Origin: an uncultured Nitrospiraceae bacterium
GTDB taxonomy: Bacteria; Nitrospirota; Thermodesulfovibrionia; Thermodesulfovibrionales; Dissulfurispiraceae
Direction of reading: 5' to 3'
DNA length: 64,000 nt
NCBI GenBank assembly: GCA_963705105.1
Contig: CAVPIW010000006.1
Coordinates: 448,001-512,000, forward strand
Below, piece by piece: positions 29,657-38,313 of the stretch. How positions within the stretch are numbered: the first letter of the stretch is position 1; the number at the start of each line of letters is the position of its first letter. Under the pieces are notes generated by a model. The model made no database searches, had not been told where the DNA came from, and was given only the letters and a program-made list of their open reading frames with translations. Position numbers and translations under genes: made by a program.

Positions 29657-30105
29657 AGACGAGGAAAGCGGTCATCAGCGACGTCAAGGAAATGCACAGG
29701 CTCATCAATGAAAGCGCCAAGAGGGAGGAGATGTTGCCGCGGGCGCTCAACGATCTCTATACGGGCATCAGGGATTTCGTGATCTATGAGGAACAGGATG
29801 TGATCGTCGGGATCTGTGCGCTCCGGATCATCTGGGAGGACCTTGCGGAGATCCGGTCCCTCATCGTGCGCGAGGATTTCAGGAACCGCGGCATCGGGAA
29901 ACAGCTTGTTCAGCAGTGCCTGAAAGAAGCTGAAAAACTCGGCATACGGCGCATCTTCGCACTCACCTACGTGCCCGGTTTTTTCCTGTCCCTCGGCTTC
30001 AGGGACATCGAAAAAACGAGGCTCCCCCACAAGATATGGGGCGATTGCCTGAATTGCCCCAAGTTTCCCGAGTGCGACGAACATGCAGTCATCCTTCAGC
30101 TCTGA
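29653..30105 (+). CDS. GNAT N-acetyltransferase (short ArgA-like)
   Basis: MLPR, AEIRSL, RNRGIGKQL, FALTY, LPHKIWGDCLNCPKFPECDE. Confidence 0.88.
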   Translation: MKTRKAVISDVKEMHRLINESAKREEMLPRALNDLYTGIRDFVIYEEQDVIVGICALRIIWEDLAEIRSLIVREDFRNRGIGKQLVQQCLKEAEKLGIRRIFALTYVPGFFLSLGFRDIEKTRLPHKIWGDCLNCPKFPECDEHAVILQL

Positions 30106-31465
30106 ACCCGAAACCTTCTGGGTTCTCTCTATTGTTGTCCTGTCTTCCTTTCTCACCCCCTTCACGGGGTCGTCTCTCAATGTCGCCCTCCCCACAATCG
30201 CCAGGGAACTGGGGATGGACGCCGTCACCATGAGCTGGGTCGCCACGTCTTTTGTCCTCTCGGCGTCGGTCTTTCTCGTGCCCTTCGGACGGCTGGCCGA
30301 TCTCCACGGCCGAAAACGGGTCTTCCTCTGGGGCGCCGCGATCTTCACCCTCTCCTGCCTCCTGCTGTCCATCACGAGCTCCTCCCGTGAGCTTATCATC
30401 TTCCGGGTCCTCCAGGGTCTCGGGAGCTCAATGATCTTCGGGACGGGGATTGCGATCCTCACCTCCGTCGTTCCCCCTGCGGAGCGCGGAAAGGCCCTCG
30501 GAAAGACCGTCGCATCGGTCTACCTGGGGCTCACCCTCGGCCCCTTCCTGGGCGGGATCATCACAGAATATCTGGGCTGGAGGATCCTTTTCCTCCTGAA
30601 TGTTCCCCTGGGAATGCTGACGATGATCCTCGTTATTCTTAAGCTGAAAGGTGAATGGGCCGAGGCGCGGGGCGAGTCTTTCGATGTAGTCGGAACGGCC
30701 CTCTATTCCGTCGGCCTTGTCCTGGTCGTCATCGGCTTCTCACGTATAGCCGAACAGGACGGACCCTGGCTCTGCGGCGCCGGGGCACTCGGACTGGCGC
30801 TCTTTGTCGCCTGGGAGGCGAAGACGGAGAGCCCTGTCCTGCATGTGCGCCTTTTTTTCCGGAACAGGGTTTTTTCGCTCTCCAACCTCGCCGCCTTCAT
30901 CAATTACAGCGCAACCTATGCGGTGGCTTTCCTGATCAGCATCCATCTGCAATACGCACTCGCCATGAGCCCCCGTGAGGCCGGCATGATCCTGATTACC
31001 CAGCCTGTGATCATGACGCTGGTCACCCCGTATGCGGGGAAACTGTCAGACCGCATTCAGCCGGGCTATGTCGCATCGGCAGGCATGGCCCTCACGACGG
31101 CAGGACTGGTGCTCTTCACCTTTCTGACGGGAGAGACGGGCCTGCCATTCATTATGACGGGGCTGACCTGTATGGGACTGGGGTTCGCCTTTTTCTCATC
31201 ACCGAACGTGAACGCGATCATGGGGTCGGTGGACAGGAGATACTACGGAGTCGCCTCCGGCACCGTCGGCACGACCCGCCTGCTGGGACAGATGTTCAGC
31301 ATGGCCCTGTCGACTGTCATCTTCTCCGCCATCCTCGGGCGGCAGCAGATAAATGCGGACACCTTTCACCTGTTCCTGCTGAGCGAGCAGCGGGCTTTTG
31401 CTATTTTCGCCGTCCTGAGCCTCATCGGCACAGTCGCCTCCCTCGCCCGGGGCACATCGCGATGA
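30083..31465 (+). CDS. MFS transporter (DHA2-like)
   Basis: NVALP, GRLADLHGRKR, RVLQG, LGPFLGG, FLLNVP; many TM segments. Confidence 0.92.
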   Translation: MQSSFSSEPETFWVLSIVVLSSFLTPFTGSSLNVALPTIARELGMDAVTMSWVATSFVLSASVFLVPFGRLADLHGRKRVFLWGAAIFTLSCLLLSITSSSRELIIFRVLQGLGSSMIFGTGIAILTSVVPPAERGKALGKTVASVYLGLTLGPFLGGIITEYLGWRILFLLNVPLGMLTMILVILKLKGEWAEARGESFDVVGTALYSVGLVLVVIGFSRIAEQDGPWLCGAGALGLALFVAWEAKTESPVLHVRLFFRNRVFSLSNLAAFINYSATYAVAFLISIHLQYALAMSPREAGMILITQPVIMTLVTPYAGKLSDRIQPGYVASAGMALTTAGLVLFTFLTGETGLPFIMTGLTCMGLGFAFFSSPNVNAIMGSVDRRYYGVASGTVGTTRLLGQMFSMALSTVIFSAILGRQQINADTFHLFLLSEQRAFAIFAVLSLIGTVASLARGTSR

Positions 31466-31642
31466 CGGGGCAAAACGCTTCTTTGAAAAAAGTGTCAGTG
31501 TCAGTGACAGTGTCAGTAAAAGGTTCATTTTTCTTAAGACGTCTGCCCGCAATAGTCTGTACGGGAAGGCAAAGGTTTCGCAGCACCAAGGCTTTGCGGC
31601 GCATTTACCCCACCTTTCCGGAGGGCGTATGCTGTGATTTGG
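31462..31642. mobile_element. MITE-like family 1, copy 5 (degenerate, hexamer tract inside)
   Basis: CGGGGCAAAACGCT.. and GCAGCACCAAGGCTTTGCGGCGCATTTACCCCACCTTTCC match family ends; tips eroded. Confidence 0.7.
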
Positions 31643-31655
31643 AAAAGAGGGGAAA

Positions 31656-32102
31656 TCAGGCCCCTTTTTTCAGGTCCTCCAGCTCGGACTTGCTCAGCTC
31701 CAGCCGCGCGTCGGCCAGGCGCTTGTAGTATGAGCGGATCTTGTCCATCTTGCCGGCGCGGATCGCCTTGAGCAGGTCGCCTTCCAGCTCCGCCACCTCG
31801 AGCCGCTTGTAGTAGTCAAGGGTCTCCTTGAAATGGGCAATCACGATTTTCCCTGTCAGGAGAGGATGATTGTTCGTCACATTTGCCTCGGGGAACATGA
31901 CGCCGTGTTCAAGCTCCACTTCCAGTCCCGTACGGAACTGCTCGTCGTCAACGGCCATGCCGCCCGTGTCAAGCTCTTTGAGAACGATGCGGGCTTCCTC
32001 AATCGTCACCTTGGGCTTCTTCATGGCGCTCCAGTTGCGCAGCCCCAGTTCTTTACAGACCCTTCCCACTTCCTGTTTCGTGATGTACTCCGGTATCTTC
32101 AT
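31656..32102 (-). CDS. Conserved hypothetical protein, DUF5661-like
   Basis: EQFRTGLEVELEHG..NVTNNHPLLTGKIVIAHFKE..DYYKRL; GGAGG RBS. Confidence 0.75.
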   Translation of the reverse strand: MKIPEYITKQEVGRVCKELGLRNWSAMKKPKVTIEEARIVLKELDTGGMAVDDEQFRTGLEVELEHGVMFPEANVTNNHPLLTGKIVIAHFKETLDYYKRLEVAELEGDLLKAIRAGKMDKIRSYYKRLADARLELSKSELEDLKKGA

Positions 32103-32167
32103 GAACAGTCACCTCCGTGGATTATTTAAAAAAAAAGTGTTACTGAAAAGAATACACCGAAAGGACT

Positions 32168-32430
32168 GTCTCACGCAAAGCCGCGAAGAACGCAAAGAAG
32201 AAAAGGACTATGGCAGTGTCAGTGTGAGTGTCAGTGAAAGGTATATTTTAGCCCTCCGGGCAGCAGCCGGGCCGTCATTATCCCGTAGAAAAGGGGGGAT
32301 CAGAGGGGGTTGTAAACCGTCTCATGAAGTCTTGTCGTCCATGGCGAGCTTGGCGCCTTTGCGCGAGAAAAATCTTTTTTCGGCCACTCCTTTCCTCTTT
32401 CGCGATCAAAAAGGGGGATGCGGTGGGTTA
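32168..32430. repeat. Mosaic of short repeat families
   Basis: CACGCAAAGCCGCGAAGAACGCAAAG, CAGTGTCAGTGTGAGTGTCAGTG, TTGGCGCCTTTGCGCGAGA and two AAAGGGGG..GGGT motifs. Confidence 0.7.
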
Positions 32431-32444
32431 TTGAATAAAAAGGA

Positions 32445-32780
32445 TTAATGGTGTCCGCCTTCAGAATGGCCGCCGGCGATGACATACACGGCTTCGGTGT
32501 CTCCCCTGCTTTCGATGAAACACTCCTGGTCACCGGCGATGTGGACAGCAGACCCTTCAGGCACCGTCCCCGTCATGAAGCCCGTGACGTCGAGGCTTCC
32601 TTTGACGGCCAGGAGGATCTCCTCGTGCCCCGCGCCGGGCTTCAGAAGACGTCCCTTTTCTCCCGGCCTCAGTGTCCCGTATATGATGTAGCAAGCGTGG
32701 CTCCCTGTCTCCTGAGAACCGACGATGCATTCCCCGGTCTCAGAAAGCCCGGCCTTCAACTTCATCTCAAAGGTCTTCAT
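32445..32780 (-). CDS. Small cupin-like protein
   Basis: PGAGHEEILLAVKG, beta-rich, His-containing C-terminus; GGAG RBS. Confidence 0.65.
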   Translation of the reverse strand: MKTFEMKLKAGLSETGECIVGSQETGSHACYIIYGTLRPGEKGRLLKPGAGHEEILLAVKGSLDVTGFMTGTVPEGSAVHIAGDQECFIESRGDTEAVYVIAGGHSEGGHH

Positions 32781-32804
32781 CGCATCTCCATTGTTATCCA
32801 TTAA

Positions 32805-32883
32805 TCTCTGTGAACTCTGTGACCTCTGTGGCTGAAAAATCGTCTTCGCCTTTCTTGGCGCGCTTTGCGTCTTTGCGTGAGAA
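32805..32883. repeat. Nonamer-type tandem tracts
   Basis: CTCTGTGAACTCTGTGACCTCTGTGGC and CTTGGCGCGCTTTGCGTCTTTGCGTGAGA. Confidence 0.75.
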
Positions 32884-32913
32884 TAGTTTTTTGCATCACA
32901 TCGGCATGAATGT

Positions 32914-33426
32914 TTACGACCGGAGGAACCTCTCGATCTCCGGCTTCAGCGTGATGGAAATGACGAGTTTCCCTCCCTTGATCACGTAATGAATGTCGAG
33001 GACATCCGCGGCGCCGATGGAGACCGCCTGATACAAGGGTCTCATTTCATACCCGAGGGTGACTCCCCGGGAGTTGACAATCTTCTTTAGGACGGACCCA
33101 CTATATGCATGATGGTTCTTGATAAAGGCCTCCGCCCGGTTGAGGGCTTCTCCGGCCTGCAGGGAAGGGATTTTCTTATATTCGAAGTCGGGTCGGAAGG
33201 GTTCGAAGGTGATGTCATCACCTTCAATATCGAGAAATGCCACAGTCGTCAGATCGTTCCCGTGGCTGCCGCCGTGCAGGATGAGGGTGAAGACACCCGT
33301 GGGGACAGTACCCTCCATCACCTCGGTGAAGACGGGCTCTCCCCTCCCCTGCTGGTGCAGGAAGAAAGCGCCGAAAAGGATCAGCACGGCAATGGCGACG
33401 AAGATGATGATCTCAGGGTTGGCCAT
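32914..33426 (-). CDS. Membrane-anchored hypothetical protein
   Basis: Single N-terminal hydrophobic helix then soluble domain; starts 4 nt after the toxin stop. Confidence 0.7.
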   Translation of the reverse strand: MANPEIIIFVAIAVLILFGAFFLHQQGRGEPVFTEVMEGTVPTGVFTLILHGGSHGNDLTTVAFLDIEGDDITFEPFRPDFEYKKIPSLQAGEALNRAEAFIKNHHAYSGSVLKKIVNSRGVTLGYEMRPLYQAVSIGAADVLDIHYVIKGGKLVISITLKPEIERFLRS

Positions 33427-33430
33427 GTTA

Positions 33431-33784
33431 TCACATCTCCCGGGGCTCCAGGACAAGTTTGATACCGTCCAAAATCTGTCGGATCCTCTTTTTTGAGAGT
33501 GTCCCGATGAGATCTCCCAAATGCCCCTTATCCAGTGTAAAAAGCTGTGAGACGATCACGACGCTCTGTTTCGGAAGACCGGCCTCCCCCGGGTCAAGAA
33601 GGACATTTCCCGGTGCGGCAGCCCTCTTCAGATTCGACGAGAGGACGCAGACAACGACTGTGTTGATGCGGCTCTCATTGAAGACGTTGTTCTGAACAAC
33701 GACATGCGGATGGGTCAAGCCCGGATCTGAACCGGAAGGTTCATCCAGTTCGATCCAGTAGACATCGCCCTGCCGGATCACCAC
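33431..33784 (-). CDS. PemK/MazF family toxin
   Basis: IRQGDVYW, GSDPG..HPHVVVQN, TVVVC..SSN, GLPKQSV..SQLFTLDK. Confidence 0.93.
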   Translation of the reverse strand: MVIRQGDVYWIELDEPSGSDPGLTHPHVVVQNNVFNESRINTVVVCVLSSNLKRAAAPGNVLLDPGEAGLPKQSVVIVSQLFTLDKGHLGDLIGTLSKKRIRQILDGIKLVLEPREM

Positions 33785-34032
33785 TCACCCTCAACGGCCT
33801 TCCGTTGCCTACGGCGCATTGTGCGAAGACGGTCTTCTTCATCCGCATCGGGCGCATCCTGGTAGGCTTCATTGATGCGCCGAAGGAGATCCTCATTCTG
33901 CCGGTGACGAATAAAGTCCCGCAATGCCAATGCAAAGAGACTGCTGCGCGACACTTTCAATTCGCGCGCCATGCTCTCAGCCTGTTCGAACAATGATTTT
34001 TCAATAGAGACTGCCGTCTTGATGTTTGCCAT
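33778..34032 (-). CDS. Ribbon-helix-helix antitoxin cognate to the MazF toxin
   Basis: KTAVSIEKSLFEQAE..VSRSSLFALAL; overlaps toxin start. Confidence 0.88.
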   Translation of the reverse strand: MANIKTAVSIEKSLFEQAESMARELKVSRSSLFALALRDFIRHRQNEDLLRRINEAYQDAPDADEEDRLRTMRRRQRKAVEGEW

Positions 34033-34033
34033 A

Positions 34034-34068
34034 ATGTTATACCTCTTTGAATACTTTCAGTATAACAT
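34034..34068 (-). promoter_or_regulatory. Probable TA autoregulatory operator
   Basis: Perfect inverted repeat ATGTTATAC-N17-GTATAACAT just upstream of the antitoxin start. Confidence 0.6.
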
Positions 34069-34085
34069 AATACGGTACAACTTCC

Positions 34086-34277
34086 AATCCGAAGATCAAT
34101 ACACTCATCGGCAAATCACTTGTGTATTTCTCCGATGCTGACTCGAATCCCGATCCTGATTTTCTGGAGGGATGTGCTGTGGAATGGGACGAAGTCAGGA
34201 GATTCTTCCGGCGTCAGGTGAAGCAGATGGTCTTGGACCTTGACATGGCGGTAAAAGAAGATGGGAGGAAAAGGTAA
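34086..34277 (+). pseudogene. 3' remnant of an AbiEii-like nucleotidyltransferase toxin
   Basis: Start-less frame reading KSLVYFSDADSNPDPDFLEGCAVEWDEVRRFF, resembling the family C-terminus. Confidence 0.55.
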
Positions 34278-34591
34278 CCCGGGCAAGGGTCGTTTTGCCT
34301 GACTGCCTTGGCCCTGTAAGGGTAACGATGGGATAGTACCCGGCATCCCGGCGCAGGCACTTTTCCAAGAATCGTGGCTATTTTACGATTGAATCGTAAG
34401 AATGGCAATTCAACGTGTTTTCAAGGGGTATTTTGTGTCTTCAAAGGCCGTTACAGCCTGCTTACATCGATGTCTGACGAGGATGGTAAAGGCATTCGAG
34501 TCGGTGAAGGCTTCGGCCATCCTCAAACGTGCTATAACCCTGATTCCGGGGATAGCATCAACGATCAGTTCAAGGTTCGCGCCTGTGAGAC

Positions 34592-34825
34592 GATTTTGTC
34601 GGCCTGGTCATGGAGAAGGCGCTGATCGTCAGGGGCAGATACAGTACAAAGAAGATTGCCGATGATCCGACGGACGATATGTTTCTTGCCTGCGCACTGG
34701 AGGCAAATGCCGATTACATCGTATCCCGAGATCCGCACCTCCGAAACCTCAAGCACTTCCACGGAGTCAAGATCATCGATGTCAAGTCGTTTATCGAGAA
34801 GGTGAGAGAAGGAGACGTTGTCTAA
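34592..34825 (+). pseudogene. 3' remnant of a PIN-domain toxin
   Basis: DDPTDDMFLACALEANADYIVSRDPHL; N-terminal xDTN strand absent. Confidence 0.8.
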
Positions 34826-35095
34826 AATTGAGAAGAACCCTATCGTAAGTGCAATAGCGTCCAACTTGTTGTTCCCTGCATAATCCTTCCATTGATAGCC
34901 CTGATACCTTCTCGCGGATGGGTTGGATTGACTTCAGCCTCTCTAAAGTCGATCCCGAGTCGCACTTGAACATCTCCCTCAACTCTGACGAAGGCGTGCG
35001 CCCTAAATTCGACGCCAGGCTGAATTCCACTGATTACTAACAGCGGATAATAAAAAATGTGGGTCTGATATCCATGCACCAGTGAGAATATTCCA

Positions 35096-35278
35096 GTTCT
35101 CGCCATTGACGAAGCCGCTGTACTGCACTGTGAATAGAGGCACTGGATCTGAATACTGTACGGTCTTGTTGTCAGCGGTAATGGTGAGCGGAACTGGCAG
35201 AATGTTTATGTAGACCGTAGCAGAAACGCTGCTATAGTTCGTCGTGTCTGCAGGCATGAATGTGACCTGTAAAATATA
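35096..35278 (-). pseudogene. Fragment of an MBG/Ig-like repeat surface protein
   Basis: VTFMPADTTNY..PLTITADNKTVQYSDPVPLFTVQYSGFVNGEN; isolated and lower GC. Confidence 0.65.
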
Positions 35279-35337
35279 AGGTCGCCGATGCGATGGACTA
35301 CAAGAAAATAGGACGGTTCAGAATTACCCCGCCAGAT

Positions 35338-35366
35338 TTGACTTTTCGTCATATTATTATTACAAT
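35338..35366 (+). promoter_or_regulatory. Sigma70 promoter, probably leaderless
   Basis: TTGACT-N17-TACAAT, ATG after a 7-nt gap, no SD. Confidence 0.65.
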
Positions 35367-35373
35367 GTAATGC

Positions 35374-35847
35374 ATGGTCGTCCTCATGGACACTGATTGC
35401 CTGATCAAACTCACCAAGGCGGGCCTCAAGGAGATGGTCTGCCGGAACTTCACGATCTTCGTGCCGCCTGCGGTGAAGCATGAGGCCCTGGAAACAGCGG
35501 ACAGGCACCCCGACGCCGAAGTGATCAAGAAGAACATCCTGGCAGGTCTCATCAACGTGAGATCGGAGAGCAAGCAGGCTGCAAAGAGAGTAGAAGACGC
35601 GATCATGGATGCGTTCTCAGCAGGCACGTATGAGACGGTCTGCAGCGACGACAGAAAATTCATCAGAAGGATGAGAGTGATGGGCGTCCCCTATGTGACT
35701 CCGGCCGTGTTCCTTCCCCTGCTGGTCGAAAGGACTGTGCTGACCGTGGAGGAGGCTTACGAGAGGCTGGACATCTTATCGTCCTTCATCAGTGACGAGG
35801 AGACACATACAGTCAGGCTCTTTCTGGAGAGGTGGGGTGTGTCATGA
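35374..35847 (+). CDS. PIN-like domain protein (putative toxin)
   Basis: VVLMDTDCLI, VPPAVKHE, CSDDRKF acidic PIN-like motifs; ATGA overlap with next gene. Confidence 0.7.
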   Translation: MVVLMDTDCLIKLTKAGLKEMVCRNFTIFVPPAVKHEALETADRHPDAEVIKKNILAGLINVRSESKQAAKRVEDAIMDAFSAGTYETVCSDDRKFIRRMRVMGVPYVTPAVFLPLLVERTVLTVEEAYERLDILSSFISDEETHTVRLFLERWGVS

Positions 35848-36152
35848 TTACGAAATCGATACGGGTAAGCCAGGATATCCTCTCGGCAATCGACTTCGTC
35901 GGGAAGGAAGAGAAGATCGAGGAGTCCTCTGCCATGAGGAAGCTGATCAGAATCGGCTTCGAGAAGTACGTCGCCGACCAGTACGGATCAGGCAAGGTCA
36001 CGCTGAGGCAGGCTGCAAAACTCCTTAACCTCGATCCGTTCTCGACGGTGGATCTTCTCCAGGACTATGGGGTCAAGGGCAATCTTGGCGTCTCCGAAGT
36101 CATGGATGCTCTCCAGAGGTTTGCCCGGAAACCGCCTCGTCCCGGTGCGTGA
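35844..36152 (+). CDS. UPF0175-like putative antitoxin
   Basis: RHH-like N-terminus plus YGSGKVTLRQAAKLL HTH. Confidence 0.75.
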   Translation: MITKSIRVSQDILSAIDFVGKEEKIEESSAMRKLIRIGFEKYVADQYGSGKVTLRQAAKLLNLDPFSTVDLLQDYGVKGNLGVSEVMDALQRFARKPPRPGA

Positions 36153-36375
36153 CAATCATGCCCGAGGCTATAATTCATCACCAGGTACCGGTTTACGGCT
36201 TGGAATCCTGGCAGGAATAACATGTCATGCTTTGATCAATTCGAACCACACCCTATCCCCGTTTTCAAAGTCTCGCTGAAATATTTTATGGACAGGGGTG
36301 ATAATGGAGAGAGCGTTCGTCCGGATCTTGTGATAAATGATAAATGACGGGGGAGAAAGGAAGGCAAGACGCACA

Positions 36376-37569
36376 ATGACTGAAACCACGTGGATCCGGG
36401 CGGGATGGCTGATTGACGGATCGGGGGGACCGGCGCGGCGGGATGTCCTGGCAGGCGTCACGGACGGTAGATTCGCCTCCCTCTCCCGGGATTTCCGGGG
36501 AGAAACCCCCACGGGATGCATCGATTATTCGAACTGCACGATGCTGCCCGGTCTCGTCGACTGTCACGTTCACCTCTTCATGTCCGGCACCGGGGACATG
36601 ACGGTGCGCAAGGGACAGCTCGAAATGTCATTCGATGAGGCAAAAGATGTCATAAGGCACCACCTCCGTCAGCAGTTGTCCCATGGCGTTGTCGCCGTGC
36701 GCGACGGAGGCGATTACGGCGCCCACGCCCTTCGTTACAAGCAGGAATGCCTCTCCGCCGAGGGCATACCCGTTCAGATCAGATCGGCAGGCAGGGCCTG
36801 GAGGGCGCCGGGCCGCTACGGCAGGCTCATCGGCAGGCCGCCGGCACAGGGCAAAACCCTCGCACAGGCAATAGCAGCCTGCGGCGAGCAGGTCGATCAC
36901 GTCAAGATCGTCCAGTCGGGCATCAACAGCCTGAGGGTCTACGGAAAGGAGACGCCGCCTCAGTTCAGCCAATCCGATCTCAATGACGCCGTCGCGACGG
37001 CTGAAGACAGAGGCCTGAGTGTCATGGTCCACGCGAACGGCCGGCTCCCCGTCGAAATGGCGGCCATGGCAGGCTGCCTCTCCATCGAGCATGGGTTCTT
37101 CATGGGCAGGGAGAATCTCGCCCTTCTTGCGGAGCGGCGGATACTCTGGGTGCCCACGGCCTTTACGATGCAGGGCTACGCCACGCACATCGATGCGAAA
37201 ACCGGTGAGAGGGACATCGCACTGAGGAACCTCGAATCACAGGTGGAACAAATCGCTGAAGCGCGTCGCCTCGGTGTTCTTCTCGGCATCGGGACGGACT
37301 GCGGAAGCCTCGGCGTGAATCATGGTGAAGCCTTTGCCGGGGAGGTCAGGCTCTTCCTCCAGGCTGGGTTTTCTCCTGAAGAGACGGTTCAATGCGCCAC
37401 AGCCAACGCCAGCCGTCTCCTGGGCATCGGTGAAGAGTGCGGGCGGATCGCACCGGATATGCCCGCAACATTTATTATTATCCCCGGCTCACCGGCGGAA
37501 CTCGCCGTCAACCTCGGCTCACCGCTGCACACCTTCGTCAGGGGGCAATCCGCTCATAAGCACGTATAA
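36376..37569 (+). CDS. Amidohydrolase family protein
   Basis: LPGLVDCHVH, GVVAVRDGG, VMVHANG, SIEHG, IGTDCG. Confidence 0.92.
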   Translation: MTETTWIRAGWLIDGSGGPARRDVLAGVTDGRFASLSRDFRGETPTGCIDYSNCTMLPGLVDCHVHLFMSGTGDMTVRKGQLEMSFDEAKDVIRHHLRQQLSHGVVAVRDGGDYGAHALRYKQECLSAEGIPVQIRSAGRAWRAPGRYGRLIGRPPAQGKTLAQAIAACGEQVDHVKIVQSGINSLRVYGKETPPQFSQSDLNDAVATAEDRGLSVMVHANGRLPVEMAAMAGCLSIEHGFFMGRENLALLAERRILWVPTAFTMQGYATHIDAKTGERDIALRNLESQVEQIAEARRLGVLLGIGTDCGSLGVNHGEAFAGEVRLFLQAGFSPEETVQCATANASRLLGIGEECGRIAPDMPATFIIIPGSPAELAVNLGSPLHTFVRGQSAHKHV

Positions 37570-37613
37570 AGGATTTTACGGAAAGACCTCTGCTCGCGCC
37601 AAGACTCCAAGCC

Positions 37614-37803
37614 CTCACACTGTCACTGTCTTGTTCTTTCTTTGCGCTCTTTGCGCCTTTGCGTGAGGTAATCTTGAAATATGTTCCATTCACTGACACT
37701 CACACTGTCACTGTCACTGTCTTGTTCTTTCTTTGCGCTCTTTGCGCCTTTGCGTGAGATAATCTTGAAATATGTTCCATTCACTGACACTCACACTGTC
37801 ACT
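37614..37803. repeat. Composite tandem repeat, about 2 units, 91-bp period
   Basis: CTTGTTCTTTCTTTGCGCTCTTTGCGCCTTTGCGTGAG..TAATCTTGAAATATGTTCCATTCACTGACACTCACACTGTCACT twice. Confidence 0.9.
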
Positions 37804-37806
37804 ATG

Positions 37807-38313
37807 CTACTGCATATCCCGGCGGAGCTGAATCCTGATCTCCGACCGTGCCCTCAGCTCCTCGATATGGTTCTTGATGGCCCTGTTCGCCTCGGCCTCG
37901 GTCAGATATTCCTCGATCTCGTCCCTGACGGACAGGAAGTCCCGGTCCCCGAAACGATCTCTGTTCCTGTCGTAAAAATCGGTGATGTCCTTTTCCTTTA
38001 TCAGGATCAGGGACTTTATTCTCACATCGATGTAGTCATTGATGAGATCATCGTCCGACGCCCCTTCCAGTCTCATCTTCCTCGCCTCCTTCAGGATGAG
38101 AAGGCGGTTGATATATGACTGAAGGGCCTCCTCTTCCGTGATGGACGGTGTTTTTCCCCTCATGCGTTCGTAGGTTTCACTAAACTCCGAGAGCGTGACG
38201 GCCCGGTTATCGATGGCGGCGACAACCCGCTCGATCACTTCGGCGTGACCGGTACCGGCCGCAGAAAAGACCAGACCGACAGCAAGCCATATTAGCACCT
38301 GTCTAAAACGCAT
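37807..38313 (-). CDS. SurA N-terminal domain-like periplasmic chaperone
   Basis: Signal peptide, EVIERVVAAIDNRAVTLSE, INRLLILKEA, IEELRARSEIRI. Confidence 0.75.
   Translation of the reverse strand: MRFRQVLIWLAVGLVFSAAGTGHAEVIERVVAAIDNRAVTLSEFSETYERMRGKTPSITEEEALQSYINRLLILKEARKMRLEGASDDDLINDYIDVRIKSLILIKEKDITDFYDRNRDRFGDRDFLSVRDEIEEYLTEAEANRAIKNHIEELRARSEIRIQLRRDMQ

Noticed and set aside
26763..37803. CRISPR array interpretation of the tandem repeats
   Set aside because: Units repeat in full with no unique spacers, only two per locus, and no cas genes
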